Source: Octopus bimaculoides (taxonomy: Eukaryota). From it: DNA of 45,944 nt. Where the stretch lies: NCBI RefSeq assembly GCF_001194135.2, contig NC_068989.1, positions 4,648,985 to 4,694,928 of the forward strand, in the 5' to 3' direction. Below, piece by piece: positions 21,746 through 34,225 of the stretch. Numbering within the stretch: position 1 is the stretch's first letter; each line of letters opens with the position of its first letter. Below the pieces are notes generated by a model, which was not told the origin of the DNA, searched no databases, and saw only the letters and a list, made by a program, of their open reading frames with translations. The position numbers and the translations under genes are program-made.

Positions 21746-22120
21746 GGGAACCACTGTACAAGCAGAATCTTAAACTGATCGCCAAGCCGTGTTATCTCAG
21801 ATCAGTTCATGATAAGCGTAACCTGGTTCACAACTAACACAGCTGTGTTACTCCGGATCAGTGATCAATGAATTCATGATAAACAAGGCTACGTGTAATA
21901 AAAATGACGTTAATATTATCACTAGAAAGTAATAAGGTCATTTTTGAAGAATATATCTGAAGTAGAGATCAATTATTGATCAGTTTGTCAGACAACAGTC
22001 AGAAACTACTGCTGCAGACAATGGTCAAACACTGACTTATAGAGGAAAGTTAAAGGTTAGATTAAACTGATCGGCTGTCAATTGTTAAAGATATTGTAGA
22101 AGATAGAACATATTAAATAA

Positions 22121-22352
<232 letters not shown>

Positions 22353-22444
22353 CGTAAGTACGTACATCTAAAAACATGAAATAGTTAATCACAGTCTAAA
22401 CGCTGTTGACCATAGGGTTGCTTGTTCAGAATAGTGACTGTATA

Positions 22445-22876
22445 GTTAAAAAGGTAAAGTAAATCCCCTAAAAACTACCGTCATAAGTCCCAAGGCGTTC
22501 CTTCGGTATTGGTTCAGATAGTGTTGGTGTGAGAAGACGACGTCATCTACCCTCTTTTTCAGCCTCGTCTCTTTATCTATGTCTTGAGGGAAGGTTTTGT
22601 AGGAGAATGACGTCATGTACCAATATCGAATGATCGCCAGTCCTGGTACTCTTAGGGCCTGTTTCCCAATTTCCATGGCTTATAAGTGACCGGGCTTACA
22701 ACATTAGCCATTGAATTGGGCGCCAGTCCATCGCAGAGTTACAGCTAAGGGGACTGGAACCATGTCAAAAGGGATGTTTCGCTCAAGAATACAACGTACT
22801 GCCCAGTCCCGGAATCGAAACCACGATCTTGCGATCATGAATGCAGTACCTTCGCCATTATGTCACGAACCTTCAC
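22445..22876 (-). mobile_element. tRNA-derived SINE (C2-like head, different tail ending ...ctttaccttt), degenerate or interrupted
   Basis: Head gtgaaggttcgtgacataatgg...ggtttcgattccggg at 22876-22805; gccagtccatcgcag body; aaaggtaaag terminus at 22449. 3' boundary tentative. Confidence 0.55.
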
Positions 22877-22949
22877 TAGTGACCGTTTGTTGCCATAATG
22901 GTGTTGCTTCCTTGCAATTTGCCATTAAATGCTGCTACTGCTGCTCCTG

Positions 22950-22985
<36 letters not shown>

Positions 22986-23915
22986 GGGGAGGAGGAGGAG
23001 NNNNNNNNNNNNNNNNNNNNNNNNNNNNNNNNNNNNNNNNNNNNNNNNNNNNNNNNNNNNNNNNNNNNNNNNNNNNNNNNNNNNNNNNNNNNNNNNNNNN
23101 NNNNNNNNNNNNNNNNNNNNNNNNNNNNNNNNNNNNNNNNNNNNNNNNNNNNNNNNNNNNNNNNNNNNNNNNNNNNNNNNNNNNNNNNNNNNNNNNNNNN
23201 NNNNNNNNNNNNNNNNNNNNNNNNNNNNNNNNNNNNNNNNNNNNNNNNNNNNNNNNNNNNNNNNNNNNNNNNNNNNNNNNNNNNNNNNNNNNNNNNNNNN
23301 NNNNNNNNNNNNNNNNNNNNNNNNNNNNNNNNNNNNNNNNNNNNNNNNNNNNNNNNNNNNNNNNNNNNNNNNNNNNNNNNNNNNNNNNNNNNNNNNNNNN
23401 NNNNNNNNNNNNNNNNNNNNNNNNNNNNNNNNNNNNNNNNNNNNNNNNNNNNNNNNNNNNNNNNNNNNNNNNNNNNNNGGTGGCGGCGGTGGCGGTGGTG
23501 GCAAAACTCATGATGTCGCTGCTGGAAGTGGTGATGGTGCACGGTGTTAAATATTGCTGGCAAGAGAAGGAAATGGTTGATGTCTGCCATTGACAACTGG
23601 TGATATTTATTAATTGGAGAAACGATCAGTGGACAGGAGTTGAAGACAGTAAACATAGGGTAATGCTTTGTTTTAGTAACTACCACCACTACGACGACGA
23701 TGATGACGTACGTCACGACGGCGACGACGGCGACGTATGTGATGACGGCGTCGACGCCGATGGCGTGGACGACGATGACGGAAGATGCCATCGACATTGT
23801 TTATAATGAAATTTGTTAGGAAAAAACACAATTACTGATATACAAACATATACACCACACAACTCTCTCTCTCTTTCACTTTATATATATATGTGTGTGT
23901 GTGTGTGTATGTGTT

Positions 23916-23919
<4 letters not shown>

Positions 23920-23958
<39 letters not shown>

Positions 23959-24172
23959 TCTTTTGTATTCTAGGCATAAGGCCCGAAATTTTAGGAGAGG
24001 GGGCCAGTCGATTAGATCGACCCCGGTACGCAACTGGTACTTAATATATCGACCCCGAAATAATGAAAGGCAAAGTCGACCCCGGCAGAATTTGAACTCA
24101 GAACGTAAAGACAGACGAAATACCGCGAAGCATTTCGTCCGGCGTGCTAACGTTTCTGCCAGCTCGCTGCCT
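23920..24172 (-). mobile_element. SINE family A, full length, with (ATT)n tail
   Basis: Reverse complement of the 32261-32484 type; tail 23920-23956. Confidence 0.9.
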
Positions 24173-24173
24173 T

Positions 24174-24180
24174 GATAATG

Positions 24181-24238
<58 letters not shown>

Positions 24239-24430
24239 CAACAACAACAACAACGACAACATTAATTCTTACTATTGGAAGCACAAGGCCTCAAATTTAG
24301 GGGAAGGGATTAAGTTGATTACATCGACCCCCAGTGCGTAACTGGTACTTATTTAATCGACGCCGAAAGGATAAAAGACAAAGTGACCTCGGCGGAATTT
24401 GAACTCAGAACGCAAAGACAGACGAATTCG
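24174..24430 (-). mobile_element. SINE family A, 5'-truncated, tail (ATT)n(GTT)n
   Basis: gcacaaggcctcaaattt...ggtacttatttaatcgac...gaatttgaactcagaacg. Confidence 0.85.
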
Positions 24431-24605
24431 CCCTAGATACATTGTATCCGAAAACAAAATGGATGGCCTCGTATGAAACGCCTTTAAAGTGCGCTGGATT
24501 TAGACTTGGTGAGACCTCAAGGAATATAAAGCTCTTCGGTCTCTCGTTAAAAACTACAACAGAAAAATCCCATAAAAATTGAAAACATATATTCCTTTTA
24601 ATTAT

Positions 24606-24725
24606 TTCGAGTTCAAATCCAGCCGATTTCATCTTTTCGGGATCGATAAAATAAAGCACCAGTTAAGAACTGGAGCCAATATAATCGACTTATCGCCTCT
24701 CCTCAAAATTATTGGCCATATGCCG
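24606..24725 (+). mobile_element. SINE family A fragment, degenerate
   Basis: gagttcaaatcc...tttcatcttttcgggatcgataaaataa.gcaccagtt. Confidence 0.6.
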
Positions 24726-24916
24726 CACGAAGATTGTTTATTTTTATGCCTGAATTTAGCTCTGTTTTTGACCATAGGTTTGCTCGATTGGGGTTGACTT
24801 GGAGCTACAACATTAGTCTACTCTTAACACCACTTACTCCGAAGCACTACACCACACTATGTTTGCCAAGAGCCCACGAAGGACTGAACAGCTGTAGCGA
24901 GGACCTTCGTTTCATG

Positions 24917-25135
24917 CAGTGGTTCTCGACCAGGGTCCATGTAAGATTTTGTAGCTAAAATTTATGCGCAATGAATTGGGTATATTTCTACAATATACAA
25001 AATATTTCAACAATTTTTTTATACAATCCTTAATAATATTTAATTATAGAAATATAATAGGGCTTTTTAAAACATTGAATGAGTATGAGGGGCCAGTAGA
25101 TTAATGTAGGAATCAAAGGGCTCCATAGGTAAAAA
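24917..25135 (+). mobile_element. hAT-type MITE left end (cagtggttctcgacc), right TIR missing
   Basis: TIR-like start and AT-rich body; ends at ggtaaaaaaaaaa. Confidence 0.4.
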
Positions 25136-25329
25136 AAAAATGCCCGAGGCGAATTGCAAGTGCATAAGAACCTGTGGGGACACGTCTGTACGAAGAAAAA
25201 TAAAGGAATTTTTATTTTACAGATTCATTGGTATGCACACGGCTATGCTGAACAACATTAATCAAAACGATATAACACATTAATTAACCAGATAGTTATG
25301 ATACCTTAAATAGCGAGAAGCACCAGAAG

Positions 25330-25955
25330 TGCCTCAAGTATGTTTTAATTTGAATGAAACGCGTTACCTTAAGATGTTTGATTCTATTTAACTTTGAAAA
25401 GCTCAGAAATTTTAGATATATCTGATAATGTAGCAGTTCTTAGTTGTTTGCAAAATCATTATCCTATTATCGTTAAATCTTGCATACAAGTGGTTAACGG
25501 TTAAATTTAACGATAAGAAAAACTGTTCACATCAGTGATTCCTCAAAACTGGGAATTTTTCAATATCTACATTGGATTTCTGAAATTTTAAAATAGGTAA
25601 TCTATTGAAGTTAGATATCAAAGTATTATCTGATTGCAAATGAATCAATGAATTGCAAGGAATCGGCAACTGAAGTTCTTACATCATCACATCAAAAGGA
25701 GCTTCGTGTATTCATAGGTCGTGCTAACGATTTTGTAATTCTCAGAATCTCTTTTGAAATTGATCCAAATTTATTGGAATTCTTCTGCATCATTTCTCCA
25801 CCATCGATTCTAGTTTTTATTCTTTTAGTGTTGTTCACAATGCTACTATAAATCACTATATTCTTCGATTTCTTTTTTAAAAAGTTCTTTACTGTTTCGT
25901 CAGGTATCTGAAAAGAAGTTAATGCATTTGTTACTACTTTCAGCATATCGTTCAT
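25330..25955 (-). mobile_element. Probable decayed hAT transposase fragment (ZMYM1-like C-terminal half)
   Basis: Minus-strand peptides NKFGSISKEILRITKSLA (about 25775-25722) and LNLTVNHLYARFNDNRIMILQ (about 25510-25447) resemble the ...EIL.IT..LS..LQ and LD..I..L..RF....IL blocks; many stops; recalled similarity only. Confidence 0.4.
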
Positions 25956-26629
25956 TCTTAAAGTATGAACACATACATTTTGTCGGTAAATAAGCTAATG
26001 AAGGCATTAGAAAGAACCCAACTAACAGTTTTCTAATTATCCTAATTCTTCTAATTCTTGACTAAAGCTAAATGTTTTTTTTTCTTTTTGAGATCTTATC
26101 ACAGAAGTGACACCGTCTCTTTAACTATATTAGTGTAAATCGAATTCACTTATTGCTGATTTGACCCCAGAAAACATCCCCCTTAACCCCCGCAATTGCA
26201 TTGTGTGTGTGTGAGGGAGAGAGAGAGGGAGAGAGAGAGAGAGAGCATGCTAATCATTTGCAAATCAGTTCTCGCAACCTCTTTCTGTTATGCAATAAAA
26301 ATAAAACATGCGTACTATGTCATATGAAATGTGGAGAATTCTGGAAACTTCCCTACTAACAAAAACAAGCTAACTCGCTTCCCATGTTTCAATTGCACAC
26401 GCACAGAACTGAGTATACTCAGTTCCCGAGCAGTAAGGGTTAATCTTTGGCAGTCTCTTGCACTGATTTTGAAGTAAAATAAATTTCTTGTAAAGTAAAA
26501 GTTTACTATAATCATATGTAAAGATATAGGTAACTGGGCTGTATTTACTATAGCGGTTATTTCATGTTTAATTGCTGAATAAAACGTACATTCTGATGAA
26601 GGAAAAGAAAAGATTAAAATAAGAAAGTA

Positions 26630-26843
26630 CGGCATGTTTTACAAAATCCTTTATATTTTAGGCGCAAAGGCCCATCCTCAGACGGAAACAGTCTGGGAAA
26701 TGTCCAGTTACAACGGGTTCTGTTACCCTACGCCAAGGAGTTTGAGTAGCGTAACAGAAACTGTGTGACTGGACATTTCCCAGACTATTTCCTTGAGGAT
26801 GGGCTTTGCACCTAAAATATAAAGGATTTTGTAAAACATACCG
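26630..26843. mobile_element. Fold-back MITE, 214 bp, about 95-bp inverted arms
   Basis: 26630-26726 pairs with 26751-26843 (about 90%); 24-nt loop; TA on left (26628-29), CA on right, suggesting Tc1/mariner. Confidence 0.85.
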
Positions 26844-27659
26844 CATTGTCAGAAGTGTTCTTACGCCCCCTTTCTTTCTCTTCTTCGGTACTACTATGCT
26901 TCAAGTGAACTACAACGCTCTTATGTACATTTTGATGATGATCGTTTCAAGGATTCTTGAATAATGGCCAGAAACTATCTTTCATGATAAACTAATATTC
27001 TCAAACAATTGAACCTTTTTTTCCCGTGCATGCAACAAGACTTTTTAACAAACTTAACTTCAATGTCTACGTTCTTTGCAATTAGATCAATTCACCTCAT
27101 AACTTGCATTATATGATTATTTTTACTGATATGTCTCATTTAAATATGATATATAGGTGCAATATCGATTTTCCGAAATTTCTGGTTCCAAAGTCATTCC
27201 GGATTAGCGATATTTCCGAACCAGGGGTTATCATCTTGATCAATACACTCTAAATTAGATATTAAATTTACGCAGATAATTAAATGAAATACACGTACCG
27301 AAACGTTAGTATAAAGGACATAACGTTTATTAATACTGTACTGTGCATGGAACGAGTAAACTCGTCTGGCGGCCGCGATAATTTGAAGTCCTGCTTGTAA
27401 ACTAGCGCCAATTATAAGATGTTCTGAGCGGTGATACCTGAGTTATTTGACTTCTACTATAGCGTCGAGTTGACTAATGACTTATGAGGGAATTTGATTG
27501 ACGAAAACACTACAGAAGAACCACCTCCCCACACGCCACACACACACCATCATCACACATATATATGTACACACATTATATTTGTCTGTGTGTGCATGTG
27601 CTTATGTATATGTGCGTGTGTATGTTTGCGTTTGTATGAATATATGTATATAATCAGTA

Positions 27660-27810
27660 GACGGTTGTTTACGTTTCCATAACTTAACGGTTCAGCAAAT
27701 CCAACAGATAGAATAAATACCAAACCTAAAATAAAATAGTAGAGTTGATTTAATCGAGCCTTCAAATCAGTGCTCCAGCATGGCCACAAACCAATGATGG
27801 AAAAATAAGT
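27660..27810 (+). mobile_element. SINE family B 3' half, degenerate
   Basis: gtttacgtttccataacttaacggttcagcaaa...gatagaataa...gtgctccagcatggcc. Confidence 0.65.
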
Positions 27811-28458
27811 ATATGAATAAAAGTGTTATAAAAGTGTATAAGAAAATAAATGAAAGAAATAGTAGAAAAAAATAACACCAACAACAAAAACCCCCGTCTA
27901 ATATAATAACTATAACGTTTATAGCACTTCGTTGCTTCCATAACTCGATTTACTACAAACTGCTATTCCATAGTGACGACCAACCGAAAGCTGCGGCGGC
28001 AATGTTTGTTGTGTACACTCGATTGACAATGTCGGCTTTACAAGCTTTCTCCTCCTTTCAACGCCTTTGTGCTTGATTTGTCTGGCTTTACTGGCCAAGG
28101 AAATGACTAACTATGCTAGGCCAGATTAGGCTAGGTCCATGCCTGGCCTTTTTGTGGACTTATATTTACTATATGACCGTTGGTGGAGCCTTGGGAAGAG
28201 GACCTGCTCCCTATAGTTTTTACGGTAAGTTCCGTTCATTTATTACAGCTGCCCCCCCCCTCTCTCCCTCTCTGTCACACTGACTCTTAATGTCTAAGAC
28301 CTGATGACACAAACCTTTAATTTACGTGTAAAAGGGGACATTTTTAATGTAACAATTTAATTGAAACTTATTTATTAGGGGTCGAATATTCGTAATAGAA
28401 TAAATAAAATAATAGTTGTGTTGTAATACTTAAGTTTCGACTCATAAAAAAAACCCAC

Positions 28459-28745
28459 CTAAAAAGATGCGAAGAGACTTTTTTTCACGCACTCGACACG
28501 TTTGACTGAACGATGCTTGTAATTTTGTTTATTATATCTTTTCTTAATTAAATTAAGTATATTTATATATTTTTTAAAAACTACTGATCAGAATTATTAG
28601 AATATTAGAAATAATTAGAAGAATAATTAGTAATATTAACTAAAAAGATGCGAAGAGAGACTTTTTTACGCTCACGTTTGATTGAAAGATGCTTATATTC
28701 TTATATTTTTGTTTATATATTTTCTTAATTAAACCGAATATTATT
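28459..28745. repeat. Diverged ~100-bp direct repeat, period 181 bp
   Basis: ctaaaaagatgcgaagaga...cacgtttga.tgaa.gatgctt...ttttcttaattaaa at 28459 and 28640. Confidence 0.8.
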
Positions 28746-28760
28746 TGAAACAAATATATA

Positions 28761-28806
<46 letters not shown>

Positions 28807-28984
28807 TGCTTCATTTGACAAACTGAACAATATAAAGTATGTTAGTTGTGTTCAGGTGTGGCAGCCAAAGTTAACAGATTAATCTTATCTATTTCTCTTT
28901 CTATTTATTCTAGCCATGTCGTCTGTATCTCTGTCTACCTTCATCTGTCTCTCTCTCTCTATATATATATACACTTTCTATACA

Positions 28985-29612
28985 CACTCTTCTCTAGTCT
29001 TTCATGGACACACAAATATATACACACACACACACAGATAGATACACACATACAAACATACATACATACATACATACACATACACATTCATACATACATA
29101 CACACGTACATATATACAGACTCGTAAACACACACGTAGACACATACACATTCGTACATACATACATACACACACGCACATATATACACACTCATAAACA
29201 ACCACACACTCATACACACGCACATACACTCACACATGCACATTTATACACGCACGCACACTCACAATTACACATACAGACATGCGCACGCATACATACA
29301 TACACACATACATACATACACACAGACACATACATACATACATACATGCATACATACACTTACCCACTCACATTTAAGTATTTATATATGCAAACACACA
29401 TACATACGCATATATACATGCACGCACACTTAAGGCAACTATATATTCACATAAACATACACACTCTCTCACTCACACATTTATACACACACTTATACAT
29501 ATCGGAAATGAAAATCACGGATTAACGATTTGTGAAGTTTTCAGCTTCTGCTAGAAATAATATCTCTGAAAATATACCGTCTCACAGAGATAAACACAAA
29601 ACACCTTTTATC

Positions 29613-29654
<42 letters not shown>

Positions 29655-29655
29655 C

Positions 29656-29714
<59 letters not shown>

Positions 29715-29770
29715 GTGTGTGTGTGTGTGTGTGCATGTATGTGTACGTATATGTATGTGTATATATGTGT
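28985..29770. repeat. Degenerate (CA)/(CATA)/(AT)/(GT) microsatellite block
   Basis: Directly visible. Confidence 0.88.
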
Positions 29771-29824
29771 CAATCGAGGTTTAACGAAGGGCTCAAACTA
29801 CGGGTCTCAAAGTGATGTACCCCC

Positions 29825-29985
29825 CCCCCTTAAAATGGGACACGTTAGATAATGTGACCTTAAATTTCCTTCACTTAGAAAAGAAAAAAAAATACAGGCT
29901 GGTCACGGTTAGCAATTCTATTGATCATAGGTCTGCTCTATCATGACTTTACCTGGGGCTAAACAATATGACCAACAACAATGAT
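29825..29985 (+). mobile_element. Family D 3' portion with CAA-type tail
   Basis: cttaaaatgggacacgttagataatgt...ggtcacgg...tgatcataggtctgctc...acctggggctaaacaa. Confidence 0.6.
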
Positions 29986-30383
29986 GAAGTGGCCAGGAAA
30001 TGAGGGTTTAGTTTATTAGATGGGATCGTTTATAAATCGACCCCTTATTGTGTGTCAGTAGCTGTATTGTTACTGCTCGTGTTTTATAAGTGTGAGTATG
30101 AATGAATTGTGTGCTTTTAAAGACAACTTGCCGGTTTCTATTTCAGCTTTTCCTCTTCCCTCTCTCTCTCCCCGCCATTGTTACACCCACATTCAATACA
30201 TATGTGTGTGTGTATAAATATATTTTACATATGTTTATACGTTTTTACATATTTTTCACACACACACACACACACATATATATTTACACACGCACGTTTA
30301 TATAGTCAGGCAATATAAACACATGTACACACATCCATTCATACGTATATGTGTGTGTGTATCTATGTATGTGTATGCATATA

Positions 30384-30419
<36 letters not shown>

Positions 30420-30589
30420 CACACATACATACACGTGCACATGTACACATGCATACATACGCATTTATACACACACGAACACATACACACATACATACAT
30501 ACATACACAAACAGTTTGTTCAAATTTTTTACCTTGTTTCGTCGTTTAGCCCCCTCAGGCCTTCCTCTTCCCCACCCCTCCAACCATCA

Positions 30590-30850
30590 GTCCCTGATCT
30601 AGTAGACCTTTGAAGAAAGGTATTCCACCCGTAACCCCCACACCGCTGTCTTTTTTTCTTTCTTTATAAGCACAATGCAGTTAGGACCACATTATCCAAT
30701 GCGTACTTCTATCCAGCTGTGACCACCCCAACCTATTTTTCGACGTAAGGGCACCTAGGACCAGGCTATTTGTCTACTTCCGTTTATTAAAACGACGACA
30801 ATGGTTTCGTTTTAATAGCGATTCGGCTGCTATTTCTTGTAGGTCAAGCA
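30590..30850 (-). mobile_element. Family D, degenerate or interrupted
   Basis: ggaccacattatccaatg and ggctgctatttcttgtaggtcaa are reverse complements of family D motifs. Confidence 0.5.
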
Positions 30851-31064
30851 GTTGTGTAGTGTAGGGACATCGTCTTCGAGTCGATTATTTTGGTGAGAGT
30901 GGTGTAAAATTATATTTAAAAAATTGTAATAGATAGTCCGTTAAGTTTCTGTTCCATCAAAATCGATTTTAATGTGAGTGTGTATATATATATATATATA
31001 TATATATGTGGAGTGGTGTATAAGTGTGTGTGTGTATGGATATATATATCTATCTATCTATCTA

Positions 31065-31099
<35 letters not shown>

Positions 31100-31392
31100 N
31101 NNNNNNNNNNNNNNNNNNNNNNNNNNNNNNNNNNNNNNNNNNNNNNNNNNNNNNNNNNNNNNNNNNNNNNNNNNNNNNNNNNNNNNNNNNNNNNNNNNNN
31201 NNNNNNNNNNNNNNNNNNNNNNNNNNNNNNNNNNNNNNNNNNNNNNNNNNNNNNNNNNNNNNNNNNNNNNNNNNNNNNNNNNNNNNNNNNNNNNNNNNNN
31301 NNNNNNNNNNNNNNNNNNNNNNNNNNNNNNNNNNNNNNNNNNNNNNNNNNNNNNNNNNNNNNNNNNNNNNNNNNNNNNNNNNNNNNNNNNNN

Positions 31393-31432
<40 letters not shown>

Positions 31433-31829
31433 GTATGTAATTCAAAATTCGAAACATGACGGGTAGTGAAGTTTTTAGTTTCCAGTGAATAATCATAAAA
31501 CTCTATTACGTATCGAGTACTCTTTGTTTCTTCTTATTCATTGTACAATTCTATCAACCACACGTACACATACATTCGAATTATAATTTTGTTGATAGTA
31601 GTTTTTGTACTTCAAGTATGTACCTTGTGCGATCAGTGTTCGTTGTATTTATAGTGAGCGACCCCTTATTTTTAACTCCGTACATGTGTGTGATACACAC
31701 ACACTGATGGTCGATAGAATATTACAAATCAGTTATGACTAACTAATATTTTGTTTCCTAGTAAGCCAAGATTTTAACACTAAAACCACCATTTAAATAA
31801 GTAAAAGGTATCGAACGAGTCTGTTGTGT

Positions 31830-31990
31830 CGAAATAGCAGCCATTCAAATAATATCCTGTCACCTTATAAAAAGAAAGAAAAAAAGAACTGACATATTGT
31901 ATGATACAGCCCTAGATTTACTTTACCGTGGAAAAAAAAAAAAAAAAAGAATAGGTGGTCATAGTTGAAGCGCCTTTGATGATCGATTTG
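31830..31990 (+). mobile_element. Family D, degenerate
   Basis: gaaatagcagcc...ccctagat...ggtggtcatagttgaagcgcctttgat. Confidence 0.5.
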
Positions 31991-32090
31991 CCTGACATCC
32001 GCGAAATTATAATTAACAATATTTTAATTTTCATTAACCCTTTTATTTCCTCGCAAAAAATGATATACAATAATGATTATTAATATTATT

Positions 32091-32179
32091 ATTCCGCCGA
32101 GGTCAACTTTGTCCTCTTTGGGGTCCGATAAAATATAATCACTTACCCCCTCCCCCGAAATTACTGGCCTTGTGCCAAA

Positions 32180-32249
<70 letters not shown>
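32091..32249 (+). mobile_element. SINE family A 3' fragment plus long (ATT)n
   Basis: attccgccgaggtcaacttt...gaaattactggccttgtgccaaaa(att)n. Confidence 0.75.
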
Positions 32250-32250
<1 letters not shown>

Positions 32251-32260
32251 GATGAAGATT

Positions 32261-32484
32261 AAGGCGGCAAACTGGCAGAAACGTTAGCACGCCGGGCGAA
32301 ATGCTTAGCGGAATTTCGTCTGCCGCTACGTTCTGAGTTCAAATTCCGCTGAGGTCGACTTTGCCTTTCATCCTTTCGGGGTCGATTAAATAAGTACCAG
32401 TTACGCACTGGGGTCGATGTAATCGACTTAATCCCTTCCCTTAAATTGCAGGCCTTGTGCCAACAGTAGAAAGTATTATTATTA
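32261..32484 (+). mobile_element. SINE family A, full length
   Basis: aaggcggcaaactggcagaaacgttagcac...B box gagttcaaattcc...gaggtcgactttgcctttcatcctttcggggtcgat...(att)n. Confidence 0.92.
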
Positions 32485-32486
32485 TG

Positions 32487-32712
32487 AAGGCAGCGAGCTT
32501 GGCAGAATCGTTAGCACGTCTGCCAAAATGCTTAGTGGCAGTTCGTCCGTCTTCACGTTCCGAGTTCAAATTCCGCCGAGGTTGATTTTAACCTTTCATC
32601 ATTTCCGGGTTGATGAAAACAAGCACCAGTTGACACTAAGATCGATGTAATTGACTTATCCCCTCCCCGAAATTGCTGGCCTTGTGCCAAAATTTGAAAC
32701 CATTATTATTAT
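32487..32712 (+). mobile_element. SINE family A, full length, older subtype
   Basis: Colinear with the previous copy, more diverged. Confidence 0.88.
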
Positions 32713-32771
32713 AATGATGGTAATACGTACGCATCAATTACATTGTTTCGTTAGGAAAAACGTTCAGTTTA

Positions 32772-32983
32772 AAGTTGTCGAGCTGGCAGAAACGTAAGCA
32801 CGCCGGGCGAAATGCTTAGCGGTATTTCGTCTGTCCTTGTGTTCTGAGTTCAAATTCCGCCGAGGTCGACTTTGCCTTTCATCCTTTCGGGGTCGATAAA
32901 TTAAGTACCAGTTGCGTACTGGCGTCGATCTAATCCACTGGCTCCCTCCCACAAGATTTCGGGCCTTGTGCCTTGGGTAGAAA
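32772..32983 (+). mobile_element. SINE family A, near full length
   Basis: Colinear; subtype resembles 23957-24172. Confidence 0.9.
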
Positions 32984-33981
32984 TGAAAAACGTTTCCTAA
33001 TCATTTTGAATGGACTTGGTTCGGGTTTCATTAGAGCGTATACGATTGTGTTCAACTTGCTGAAAATGGCAGCGAAATGTCACGTTGATCATATTTTCCC
33101 GTCTTAACGAATAGTACATTAAATAATGTACTCCTTGGAAGACTTTGAGAAGGAAAGAGATAGAATAATCACGGCTGAAATGCCTTTGATCTTGCTAGAT
33201 TTGATATAACGTAGCTAAGACTCGGCCATTCGATCTGCAAGAAATAGTAGCCAATAACTTAAAGGATATGATTATCACTTCTGAAAAAGGAAATCAGAAA
33301 GCTTGTATATGTATATACGAATTGTTCGTGCTCCAGCATGACCGCAGCTGCATGGCTGAAACGAATTAAAGAATATATGTGTGTGTGTGCATAGACATAT
33401 ATATATATATAGATATATATATATATATATATATANNNNNNNNNNNNNNNNNNNNNNNNNNNNNNNNNNNNNNNNNNNNNNNNNNNNNNNNNNNNNNNNN
33501 NNNNNNNNNNNNNNNNNNNNNNNNNNNNNNNNNNNNNNNNNNNNNNNNNNNNNNNNNNNNNNNNNNNNNNNNNNNNNNNNNNNNNNNNNNNNNNNNNNNN
33601 NNNNNNNNNNNNNNNNNNNNNNNNNNNNNNNNNNNNNNNNNNNNNNNNNNNNNNNNNNNNNNNNNNNNNNNNNNNNNNNNNNNNNNNNNNNNNNNNNNNN
33701 NNNNNNNNNNNNNNNNNNNNNNNNNNNNNNNNNNNNNNNNNNNNNNNNNNNNNNNNNNNNNNNNNNNNNNNNNNNNNNNNNNNNNNNNNNNNNNNNNNNN
33801 NNNNNNNNNNNNNNNNNNNNNNNNNNNNNNNNNNNNNNNNNNNNNNNNNNNNNNNNNNNNNNNNNNNNNNNNNNNNNNNNNNNNNNNNNNNNNNNNNNNN
33901 NNNNNNNNNNNNNNNNNNNNNNNNNNNNNNNNNNNNNNNNNNNNNNNNNNNNNNNNNNNNNNNNNNNNNNNNNNNNNNNNN

Positions 33982-33984
33982 AAC

Positions 33985-34023
<39 letters not shown>

Positions 34024-34225
34024 CATATATACATGTATATATACACATATATACATGTATATATATATATAAATATATATATGTATATAAATATACATAC
34101 ATACATATATACGTATATATATATAAATATATATACAGACATATATACACATATATATACATACATATATATATAAATATATATCCATACATACATACAT
34201 ACATACATGTAAGTACGCACACACA
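33982..34225. repeat. (AT)/(ATAC) microsatellite block
   Basis: Directly visible. Confidence 0.9.

Noticed and set aside
21744-21753. Lone hAT-like right TIR (gggaaccactg)
   Set aside because: No matching left terminus or TSD nearby.
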